From positions 186,001 to 250,000 of the IMG/VR virus record IMGVR_UViG_3300021338_000003: a DNA stretch of 64,000 nucleotides. One strand, written 5' to 3'. Made by a program: the position numbers and the translations under genes. Under the pieces are notes generated by a model. It saw only the letters and a list, made by a program, of their open reading frames with translations. It made no database searches and was not told where the DNA came from. Shown piece by piece: positions 1 through 8,155 of the stretch. How positions within the stretch are numbered: the stretch's first letter is position 1; every line of letters begins with the position of its first letter.

Positions 1-201
1 CTCACACTCGGCGAGGGCGTCTTTGCACGCATCCTTCGCCTCGGTTAAAAGTTCAAGACGCGCCTTGGCATCGGCCAACTCAATCATGCACTGTTGGGCG
101 TCGGGGGTTGTGATAGTAACGTAGCCTGCGGAGGCTGCGGTCAAGATAGCGATCACCGCGAAAACGCTGGATATCGCTTTTGTTGAGTTGATTTCGGGCA
201 T
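1..201 (-). CDS. Partial membrane-anchored coiled-coil protein (runs off window edge; possibly spanin-like)
   Basis: Not in ORF track. Minus strand GGAGG-aaaat-ATG at 201 reads MPEINSTKAISSVFAVIAILTAASAGYVTITTPDAQQCMIELADAKARLELLTEAKDACKDALAECE with no stop to position 1: one hydrophobic helix then heptad-like helix. Confidence 0.65.
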   Translation of the reverse strand, partial: MPEINSTKAISSVFAVIAILTAASAGYVTITTPDAQQCMIELADAKARLELLTEAKDACKDALAECE

Positions 202-238
202 ATTTTCCTCCGTACAGCTTGAGGTCGGAGGCTACTTC

Positions 239-2845
239 ATGGCCACTGACCGTGGAAACTCGATACAAAGAACGCTTAATAGGATCCTAGGCCGTCGGGT
301 CGAGCTTCTACAAAAGCAAGCTGCTGCCGAAAAGAAGGTGGCTGAATCAGTCGGAGATGTGGCCAACGCCCAGAAGGGTGTCAACGATGCCCTCGCTGAG
401 GGCACGAAGAGTACTGAGAAGGCCATCGATGCCCACAAGAGGTACGCTAGGTCGGCCAAGGACATCGTGCAGTCCCAAGGCCGTATCCGTTCGCTTATGG
501 CCGAGACGAAGGAAATCGTCAAAGATACAGCCAAGACGTATGGCCGGGACATGGTGGCCGGCATATCCGCTGCTGCGCTGGCCAACAAAGCATACCAGGA
601 CTCCGTGACCGCCACATCCAAGTCGACCCGCCAGTGGCTGTCTACTAGCCAACGGATCGATGACATCTCCTTCTCTTTTGATGCCATCACCAAGCGGGCC
701 ATGCAATACCAAAAGGTCCAGATGGGTAATACCCGGGTGGCCTACGAGTTTGGTGCCACGGTCCAGGAGGTGACAAACATCTCGGATAAGTGGATTCAGA
801 CACTCCGTTACAACGAGGTTACGGATGTCTCTCAAAAGAGCCTAGAGAAGCTCACCGAGCAGACTCTCCTCTATTCCCGAGTACTGGGCACTGATGCCAA
901 TCGTCTGCAGGAAGAAGCAGCCCAACGGATGTTCAAATATGGTGAGAGCCACGACGAAGCTCTCACCAATATCGTCCGTGTCCGTCATCAGGTAGTGGCT
1001 CTCAATGACGACCTCCGGGACCTCTTTCCGAACCAAGCAGCCATCTTTGATGACGATTTTCAAAACCGCCTCGATGCTGTAGCCAAGGGAACCAAGGGAT
1101 ATACCCAGGACCTCGGCAACATGTCGGCCGCCCTATCTGTTGCCATCGAGCGCGGACAAAAGATGGGGATGACATACAACCAGTCCATGGATGCGGCCGA
1201 GAAGTTCGCGAACTTCCTGTCCGGGAACAACCTCGACCAACGTACCCAGACTATGGTGGGCCTGGATCTCTTGGAAAAGTTCCAAGAGAATATAGGCCCT
1301 GGCGGTAAGATATCCGAGGACTATCTTGCCCAATTCAATCCACAAATCCAATCCCAATTGCAAATGATTGCTCAGGCCCGCCAACGAGGTCAGGTAGACA
1401 CTATTGTAGCCCGACGCCTACAGTCTACCCTGGCTTCCACTGAACAAGGCATGGGGGCCCAACTGGACCTTCTGCAAAACCTTGCCGGCCGCGGAGGTGA
1501 TGTTGCTCACATCCTACAGCGCATGGGCATGGATGAAATGGAGGCATATACTGTTTCAGATCTCCTGGCTTCTGGTGGTGGTCGTGAAGAATTGATGGGC
1601 GCCATCAGAAGGAGCCGAGGCGCTGCCAGCAATCAAGCTCGAACGGCCGGAGGGGAAGATGCTATGCGTCGAATGTCCCTAGGCCACCAGGGTGCTGTCG
1701 GGACATTGGCCGCCGAGGCTGTTACTGGCCGCAACGTGGGACGCGATGCGGGCCAGTATATGGCCTATTTGGAGGACTCCCGGGTGACCGGAGCCGCTGC
1801 CGGAGGTATTGCCGCTTTTGGCATCGCCGGCCGTCTATATGATGCCTACAAAAAGGGCGGAGTATCGGGGGCCATGGGCGAAATTCCAGGGGCACTATCC
1901 GAGCAGGCTGGTGTGGGCGGCGGAGCGGGTGATACATATGGCGGGGGCAGCGGGGCTGCTGGTGCCATCCCCGCAGACAACGATATGGCCAATGCTGTGG
2001 CTATTGGTGTTGATGCTGTCCTCCAGAAGTACACCACAGAAGGCAACATGCTCCGAGTCAGCGGGGCTGGTGGTGAGGGCCCTGGTGGTCCCCGCAGTAT
2101 GCTTGGAGATCTCTATGGGTCATATGTTGAACGAAAGGGCCAGCAGACAGACATGGCCAAGTCTATCATGCGTCTCCCCGGTGTACGTGGTGTCCTAGGC
2201 AAGATGATCGTTTCGAGCCTGATGGGCGGGGGCGCTACGGCGGCGGCTGGAGGTGGAGCAGCTGCTACCGGTGCTGGCGGTATAGGAGCCGGAACCGTAG
2301 CCGCCGGAGGGGCTGTTGTTGGTGGCGGAGCATTGGCTACGTTGGCTGCCATAGGCGCCGCTGGTACTGCTGTTGCTGGCGCCTTCTCGGCCCCCGCTGC
2401 TGGGTTCTTCGCCGCAGGCTCCCGAATGAATCGAGCCGAAGCCCTGCTTCGAAAGGTCAAGGGTGCTTCAAATCGCAAGGGGCCCCTTGGCGTCGGTATT
2501 GGTAAGGGGCTTGACCCTGGAGCTTGGGCCAAAATTTCCAAGGAGTTGGCCCAAGAGCCCGATTCCGTAGTACAGGGCCTGGTCAAAGACGGCGTCATTG
2601 CTCCAGAACTTGGCCAGGAAGTCCTCATGATGAAGAGGGCCAGTACCATGACCCAATCTGTGGCATCAGCCATACCGCAGGCTTCCAACGCTGCCATGGC
2701 CCAGAACCTCGCAGGTGGAGGAATGGCTTCTGCCGCCCTTGGAGAAGTGGCCAATATCCTTCCGAATGGTGATGTAATACTTCGAATCGTCAATGGGATG
2801 GCAATCCCAGCAGCGTATGACAAGGCTAAATCCGATATGTACTAG
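239..2845 (+). CDS. Tape-measure-like long helical protein
   Basis: 869 aa from ATG 239 (GGAGG at 227-231); Ala/Gln/Lys-rich helical N-terminal two thirds, Gly/Ala-rich low-complexity C-terminal part; no catalytic motifs. Function inferred from composition. Confidence 0.5.
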   Translation: MATDRGNSIQRTLNRILGRRVELLQKQAAAEKKVAESVGDVANAQKGVNDALAEGTKSTEKAIDAHKRYARSAKDIVQSQGRIRSLMAETKEIVKDTAKTYGRDMVAGISAAALANKAYQDSVTATSKSTRQWLSTSQRIDDISFSFDAITKRAMQYQKVQMGNTRVAYEFGATVQEVTNISDKWIQTLRYNEVTDVSQKSLEKLTEQTLLYSRVLGTDANRLQEEAAQRMFKYGESHDEALTNIVRVRHQVVALNDDLRDLFPNQAAIFDDDFQNRLDAVAKGTKGYTQDLGNMSAALSVAIERGQKMGMTYNQSMDAAEKFANFLSGNNLDQRTQTMVGLDLLEKFQENIGPGGKISEDYLAQFNPQIQSQLQMIAQARQRGQVDTIVARRLQSTLASTEQGMGAQLDLLQNLAGRGGDVAHILQRMGMDEMEAYTVSDLLASGGGREELMGAIRRSRGAASNQARTAGGEDAMRRMSLGHQGAVGTLAAEAVTGRNVGRDAGQYMAYLEDSRVTGAAAGGIAAFGIAGRLYDAYKKGGVSGAMGEIPGALSEQAGVGGGAGDTYGGGSGAAGAIPADNDMANAVAIGVDAVLQKYTTEGNMLRVSGAGGEGPGGPRSMLGDLYGSYVERKGQQTDMAKSIMRLPGVRGVLGKMIVSSLMGGGATAAAGGGAAATGAGGIGAGTVAAGGAVVGGGALATLAAIGAAGTAVAGAFSAPAAGFFAAGSRMNRAEALLRKVKGASNRKGPLGVGIGKGLDPGAWAKISKELAQEPDSVVQGLVKDGVIAPELGQEVLMMKRASTMTQSVASAIPQASNAAMAQNLAGGGMASAALGEVANILPNGDVILRIVNGMAIPAAYDKAKSDMY

Positions 2846-2860
2846 ACCATAGGAGGTCAC

Positions 2861-3337
2861 ATGCGGAAGTGTTATGTTTTTGCCAACCCTGAAGACATCA
2901 CCCAATACATGATGTTGGGTTGTAGAGATAAGTTCCTGACGCCCCTAATCGATGTCAAAAAGGGCCAACTCTTCACCCTAGAAGACTCCGGGGACGGGAA
3001 CCTTGTTGAAGATGGTACGATCATCAACATCGCCCTGGAAGACGCCAAGTGTACTGGCGGAACAGCTGGTATCCAGTGTACCCCCGTCTTCAAGACCATA
3101 GGTGTTCAGATCTTCAAAATCGGGTACATTGAGGGGGATGTGACCAAGGGCATCAACGATGCCGCAGATACTGCTTTCCAGAAGTATTGTCTCGCTCGGG
3201 CCCACAAGGAAGGAACGGTAGTAGTGACCGTAGGTGACGAAACGTGGACCCCCAGGGAAGAAGACCTAGAGGAGTTTGCTCGCCTCTGGAGGAACGCCGA
3301 ATCTATAGTGGTGGAGGGACCTGAAAATGTCCAGTGA
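2861..3337 (+). CDS. Hypothetical protein carrying a portal-like segment
   Basis: GGAGGT SD; C-terminal VGDETWTPREEDLEEFARLWRNAE matches a segment of the portal ORF at 14673-14744. Confidence 0.7.
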   Translation: MRKCYVFANPEDITQYMMLGCRDKFLTPLIDVKKGQLFTLEDSGDGNLVEDGTIINIALEDAKCTGGTAGIQCTPVFKTIGVQIFKIGYIEGDVTKGINDAADTAFQKYCLARAHKEGTVVVTVGDETWTPREEDLEEFARLWRNAESIVVEGPENVQ

Positions 3338-3581
3338 GAGGTTTGTATTGGCCATTTCCTCGGGAACCCTGAGGGTCCGCAATGATGAGCGGGTGTCGGT
3401 GTCCCTAACCATTCCCTTGGAGGACGGCAAGAAGAAGATTGTCCATGTGCGGGCCGGTCAGGAAACGGACCTCAGTCGAGTGAAAGGGACCAACATTGCC
3501 CTCATCCGAAAGTGTGCCCCACTCAAAGAGGACTTGATCTCCAATCGAATCTTCATTGTAGACACCTGGACGAAGAGATGA
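3327..3581 (+). CDS. Hypothetical small protein
   Basis: GGAGGG SD, overlaps neighbours in operon fashion. Confidence 0.6.
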   Translation: MSSERFVLAISSGTLRVRNDERVSVSLTIPLEDGKKKIVHVRAGQETDLSRVKGTNIALIRKCAPLKEDLISNRIFIVDTWTKR

Positions 3582-4090
3582 GTCAGAGGGAGGGCTTCGT
3601 ACACTGTGAGGTTTGTGCGAAGCTTACCCCCAAAGCCTTCGCCGACCGCCACCACGTCACACCCCAGGCGGTCGGCAAGCAGGCCGACAACTCGGATGAG
3701 AATCTCATATGGTTATGCTCCGGGTGTCACCAAAACCTCCACTCCCTGGCCCACTTCCTAATGAAAGGAAGGACAACCGAAGCCAAAGACCTCGCAGAAT
3801 CCTGGTATACGAACACTGGTGCTGTTCGCAAGGTTCTCAACTTCGCATCTCATGTGGTTAAAGAGATGATAGCCATGCGGGAAGGCGAACGAGAACTCCC
3901 TGAAGAAGTCAGGATCACAATCACGGTGCCGCGACGAACATATACCCTCTTGAGACTTATGAGCCTGGAGAAGAGGGGTCACAGACAGTTCACACCGTTT
4001 GTGAGAGACCATCTGGCTCAGATAGCTTCGAAGTACGAGGTGGGGTTCAAAGTGTCTCCCACTGAGTTCGAAACAACAGACTTCGATTGA
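3578..4090 (+). CDS. HNH endonuclease with C-terminal ribbon-helix-helix-like segment
   Basis: ATGA coupling at 3578; CEVC...DRHHVTP...DENLIWLCSGCHQNLH is a Zn-binding HNH motif; C-terminus VRITITVPRRTYTLLRLMS..FTPFVRDHLAQ looks like RHH. Confidence 0.75.
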   Translation: MSQREGFVHCEVCAKLTPKAFADRHHVTPQAVGKQADNSDENLIWLCSGCHQNLHSLAHFLMKGRTTEAKDLAESWYTNTGAVRKVLNFASHVVKEMIAMREGERELPEEVRITITVPRRTYTLLRLMSLEKRGHRQFTPFVRDHLAQIASKYEVGFKVSPTEFETTDFD

Positions 4091-4120
4091 ACCCCACAAG
4101 GGACTACCAGGAGTATTTCC

Positions 4121-4885
4121 ATGTCTGACATTCTCACCATTACCGCGCTGGTCTCTTCGGTGACTATCCGGGGCTTCAGCAGCGATGAGCAGCCGCTGGC
4201 CCAGGGCCTGGCCTCGAAGAGCCTCGGCACCATTCCGTCTCTCGACACCTCGGCCACTGTGTCCGCCAGTGAGGCTGCTGCCTTCGGCGGTCGCTTGGCC
4301 ACCGAGCTGTCGGCCCACATCTCTGGCGGCACCATTCAGGTCACCCTGGGTGGTCAGGTCATGACCGCTGCCGAGATGAACCGTCTCGCTGCTGGTTACC
4401 TGCGTCAGCGCATCGGCTTCAACCTTGCAGGCAAAGTCTCGGCTATCACTGGTACCTGGACCGAGTCTTATGCCGGTTCTGGTGTCTGGGAGGTTGCCCG
4501 TACTGCTGCTGCTGCTGCTCAGTCTGCAGCCATCGACATCCCCACCTCTGTGGCGGGTATGCTCGTTTCCGGTATCGAGTTGACGTACAAGGTCGAGACT
4601 GCTCTGGTGACTGATGTGGATGTGGTCCTCTACAAGGCCACTTCCCCCGAAGATGGCTCGGCCCCTGCTGGTGCCAGCATCTCGGCCAGCCAGACGTATG
4701 ATGCCGGGCATGACACTTCTGCCGAGCGTGGCGCTGTGGCCCAGCATACCATGGAGGTTTTGCTCGCTGCTCCGACCCAGGTGGCCGAGGGTGAGAACCT
4801 AACCCTCGAAGTCGAAGTCGATGGGACCGCTACAGGTGACGTCACCCTCCAAGCGTTTTGCCTGATCGCTGACATTCCTGTCTGA
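4121..4885 (+). CDS. Putative virion structural protein (paralog A)
   Basis: AGGAG SD; Ala/Thr/Ser/Gly-rich beta-like composition; N-terminal half similar to next gene. Confidence 0.55.
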   Translation: MSDILTITALVSSVTIRGFSSDEQPLAQGLASKSLGTIPSLDTSATVSASEAAAFGGRLATELSAHISGGTIQVTLGGQVMTAAEMNRLAAGYLRQRIGFNLAGKVSAITGTWTESYAGSGVWEVARTAAAAAQSAAIDIPTSVAGMLVSGIELTYKVETALVTDVDVVLYKATSPEDGSAPAGASISASQTYDAGHDTSAERGAVAQHTMEVLLAAPTQVAEGENLTLEVEVDGTATGDVTLQAFCLIADIPV

Positions 4886-4895
4886 GGGGTATACT

Positions 4896-5687
4896 GTGGA
4901 TTTTGTCACTATCACTGCTCTGCTGACTGTAGTGTCCCTCCCTATTCTGGGAGGATACGGAGGGTCGCAGCCAACGAGCACTAACATCGGTCTCAAAACC
5001 GGGTATAAACGCACTGTGAATGTGCCGATATCAGAGCTTGTACAAGATGGTGGCCGAATTGCTTCCTCGATGGCCTCCCTCATCCGAGGTGGGGCCATCG
5101 AGGCCACCTTCAATGGCGATGTTTTCACATCGTTTCAGATGGAACGTCTGGCAGCTGGTTTCCTCACCAAGAAAGAAACCATACCATTTGGAAACATGAT
5201 CGGAAACCAGACAGCCGGATACTCCGGTGTCTGGGACTTTCTATACGTGATTCTCGCAGGGTCGGGACAGTGGGTTTTGACCACTGCCGATGGTGCTTTT
5301 GGCCAAAATTCCTTGTACATGGATTTTCGGCCAAAAACTGGGTCTATGCTTCGTGAGATCGAGGTATCATACAACATCGACGTCGATGTTGGTTCCGTGT
5401 CTGTATTTGCGTTCTACGCAAATAAGACAGCCTCTGTAGGAGCGTGGGCGTCAAACGAACCCGGGTACAACATCGCTAGTGCTGTCCGAAACAAGACTGC
5501 CAGCTCTCCTTTTACTCTGGTTGCTGACCACAACGGGGCTAACAGTAACAACCTCGGCGCCAACCGAGTACTGGCTGATGACGAGCATTTCACCATATTT
5601 GTGTCCTTCGAGGGTACCAGCCCCACTCTTGATGGTCAAGTACAGGTGACAGGCGTAGAAGTAACATACGAAGAGCCAGTGTTCTAA
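4896..5687 (+). CDS. Putative virion structural protein (paralog B)
   Basis: GTG start after GAGGGG; shares TITAL.., GGR[LI]A..GG.I...M.RLAAG[YF]L and AGSG.W motifs with upstream gene. Confidence 0.55.
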   Translation: MDFVTITALLTVVSLPILGGYGGSQPTSTNIGLKTGYKRTVNVPISELVQDGGRIASSMASLIRGGAIEATFNGDVFTSFQMERLAAGFLTKKETIPFGNMIGNQTAGYSGVWDFLYVILAGSGQWVLTTADGAFGQNSLYMDFRPKTGSMLREIEVSYNIDVDVGSVSVFAFYANKTASVGAWASNEPGYNIASAVRNKTASSPFTLVADHNGANSNNLGANRVLADDEHFTIFVSFEGTSPTLDGQVQVTGVEVTYEEPVF

Positions 5688-5715
5688 GGGTCCTAGATGA
5701 CCCCAGGCACGATCC

Positions 5716-5867
5716 CTGCGGCCAGCCGGAATTTCAACCGGCTGGCCGCAGTTGTAGTCAGACATCGCTTCCACCGATGTCTTCTCCCTAAATGCCTTTC
5801 TTGAGTTGCAACACGGTTAGGATCGTGTTACTTTGGTTATGGCACCCACTCCCCGAGTGCCACAACC
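5716..5867. other. Cluster of four inverted repeats in intergenic region
   Basis: 14-bp perfect IR 5716-5729/5738-5751; 8-bp IR 5760-5767/5775-5782; 6-bp IR 5810-5815/5824-5829; interrupted 10-bp IR 5835-5845/5857-5867. Confidence 0.7.
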
Positions 5868-5899
5868 CTACCTCCCCCTCTTCCCGAGAGCACTGCAGC

Positions 5900-7225
5900 A
5901 TGCCCACTGCCATCTTTCGTGTGGTGCGGAATTATTTTCCGCACCTGGCCTCCCACCAATATCGTTCAATCCTTCACTCCACATATGGTTTCTGCCTCGG
6001 TCTCCACGACCACAATGCCCTGGCCCGAATTGTCAAAGCCCAGGGATTTGACCACAAGGAGGCATCGGAATTTCGGGAAGTCCTCAAGTACAATTGCTAC
6101 GCCCGTTTCATCTTTTGGCGATCAGTGATTCACTACCTCCGAGGGGGAGACGAAGAAATCGGCAAACGAAGGTTCCAGTTTGACGAGGAGGATGTCAACG
6201 CCTGCCTGTCTCTACTGACTGACGACGAGTTCATCCGGGTTTTGCATAAGGCGAGCTTCGAATCCATTTTCATGCAGGACCAAGAGACAATCGACCGGGT
6301 CATCGCTGAAACGGATGTTACCTGCCACTCAGTGGCTAGCCAGCGACTCAAGTGGATCGAGCGCACTGACCCTTCCTTTGATGGGTATTCCGAGTTGAAG
6401 GAAGAGTCTATTCGGATTGCCTACTATTACTCACATTTCCCGGATTCAGCACGCCTCAAAGCATACATCGTCAGATCCATATACAACAAAGCCGCGTACC
6501 TTCAGTCCGAGATGTCAAAAGACCAACGACAGCGACAGCGCAAACTTCCCGAACTTCGCTGCCCAGACTGCCTGAAAGAATACGTCCACCGGGCCAAGAC
6601 CCTGGATGGGAAGGAGCATGGACAATCGGGGACTTTCTTCTGTCCAGTATGTTTTAAGAAGAAGTCCCTGCTCGTCCCCCTTAAGTGGATTCGTACCGAC
6701 CGCGAATACGAAACCATGGTCATCTCCGCTGATGTCCGCACCGACGATGGGCGCTGCGTCGGTGACTGCCTTTCAGGCAATGAGACCGAATCCTCTATCA
6801 CTCACCATATGGACTACAGGGCGGTTACCAAGAAACTCTCTGAAAAGTCGTCGGAGTTCCTCCGCATCCTATTGGAGGGTGACCTGAAGTTTGATATGTG
6901 GTGTGCTGAGAACCGCAAGAAGGTCCGAGGTATCGAGTCTGAATGCCTTCTCATTTGTGAGTACATCGGGGCCAACCCGGCCAAGGTTAAGGGTGACCTT
7001 GGCGATGCCTATGGTGGCCCACAGGTATTTGTGGTGCGGGCAGATGGGGAACAGGACCTGGTCATGGCCAGTACACGACGGGAGGCGTGTAGATATGTAG
7101 CATCTCATTACCGCTTTGCGAGCGTTAAGGAGATGGAAGACGAACTCGGGACGATCGAGGTACGTCGCTGCCGGGAAGCAGCTTCACTCAAGATGCAGGT
7201 TGGGCAAGTCCTGCCATACGAGTGA
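5900..7225 (+). CDS. Divergent sigma-factor-like protein with inserted Zn ribbon
   Basis: Region-2-like ELKEESIRIAYYYSHF..RLKAYIVRSIYNKAAYLQSE, CPDC/CPVC Zn ribbon, region-3-like ISADVRTDDGRCVGDCL, region-4-like LSEKSSEFLRILL..LICEYIGANPAKVKGDL. Start taken at ATG 5900 (track 5792). Confidence 0.5.
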   Translation: MPTAIFRVVRNYFPHLASHQYRSILHSTYGFCLGLHDHNALARIVKAQGFDHKEASEFREVLKYNCYARFIFWRSVIHYLRGGDEEIGKRRFQFDEEDVNACLSLLTDDEFIRVLHKASFESIFMQDQETIDRVIAETDVTCHSVASQRLKWIERTDPSFDGYSELKEESIRIAYYYSHFPDSARLKAYIVRSIYNKAAYLQSEMSKDQRQRQRKLPELRCPDCLKEYVHRAKTLDGKEHGQSGTFFCPVCFKKKSLLVPLKWIRTDREYETMVISADVRTDDGRCVGDCLSGNETESSITHHMDYRAVTKKLSEKSSEFLRILLEGDLKFDMWCAENRKKVRGIESECLLICEYIGANPAKVKGDLGDAYGGPQVFVVRADGEQDLVMASTRREACRYVASHYRFASVKEMEDELGTIEVRRCREAASLKMQVGQVLPYE

Positions 7226-7277
7226 GCCCCATTCGGTGAGTCCCTGGGGAGGGTTCTTACCAAACGAATGAATGGGT

Positions 7278-7313
7278 GGCCCCACCGGAAATTCCGGTGG
7301 GGCCTTTGCTTTT
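7278..7313 (+). terminator. Rho-independent terminator
   Basis: ggccccaccgga-aat-tccggtggggcc followed by tttgctttt, downstream of the sigma-like gene. Confidence 0.8.
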
Positions 7314-7345
7314 GGTGATTAAAGGCCCCGTTTGTGAGGGTGCCC

Positions 7346-8155
7346 ATGGACTTACGCGGCCGTTATCTTATACTATCCGGCGGATCTGATGGTAGTCGTA
7401 GACAGGATATCTCCCATCTCATCGCTGCGGGCGGAGCCCACCTCAGCACTGTGACCGAGAGGGACGATCCAGAAGCCCTCAACGGATACCACACCAAGGT
7501 GACTGTCCTGTCCAGCATGGACTGCTTCGTGGGAAATCGAGGCAAGTTTGACTTCAAGGTGACTCTTTGGCGGGATGCCATGAGGGATTGTGCCCGACGC
7601 TGTGAGCTTGCCATGGAACGCGGGGTGTCCATAATAGTGATTGACGATCAACACAGCGAAAAGTGGATGGTCCAACCGTATTTGACTCTTGCTGATCGCT
7701 ACAAGTATGAAGTCATCTCCTTCCGAATGAATGACCAACGAAATTTGGGCCGAGAGAGCATGGTCAAGCACAAAGGCAACCCCATGCCTTTGAAGGAAGA
7801 ATGGAACCTGGTTGATGGGGATGGAGACCATGTCCAAGACCCCGCGGTTATTTCAGCCCTGACTGGATTCGTTATGGAGGATGTCGAGCCTGAAACCTTG
7901 GTAGAGGAAACCTCGTATGATGGAATGACAACGATCGTTATCACGGCCGTTCGTCCAGATTCTACATATCACCCCCAAAGATACGAAGTTGGCCTTAAGA
8001 AGGCTCTCGGTGTGAAGATGACCGAGGCCAAAAACATCCTCGCCGACTTGTGGGGTGAGAATGAGTATGTGAAGTCAGTGCCCATCAAGGATCTTAAGAA
8101 AATCCTCAATACACTAGAATCTCAGGGTTTCAGTGTCGAGGTACGTGATGTCTAA
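7346..8155 (+). CDS. Degenerate AAA_33/N4BP2-like P-loop domain fused to ribosomal L7/L12 CTD-like (or ClpS-like) domain
   Basis: YLILSGGSDGSRRQD in Walker A position, SIIVIDDQHSEKWMVQPYLTLADRYKYEV typical of this kinase family; C-terminal LGVKMTEAKNIL..VKSVPIKDLKKILNTLESQGFSVEVR resembles L7/L12 CTD. Confidence 0.6.
   Translation: MDLRGRYLILSGGSDGSRRQDISHLIAAGGAHLSTVTERDDPEALNGYHTKVTVLSSMDCFVGNRGKFDFKVTLWRDAMRDCARRCELAMERGVSIIVIDDQHSEKWMVQPYLTLADRYKYEVISFRMNDQRNLGRESMVKHKGNPMPLKEEWNLVDGDGDHVQDPAVISALTGFVMEDVEPETLVEETSYDGMTTIVITAVRPDSTYHPQRYEVGLKKALGVKMTEAKNILADLWGENEYVKSVPIKDLKKILNTLESQGFSVEVRDV

Noticed and set aside
5792-5899. Track start of the sigma-like gene at 5792
   Set aside because: Extension runs through the hairpin cluster and reads non-protein-like; ATG 5900 preferred, though neither has a clear RBS.
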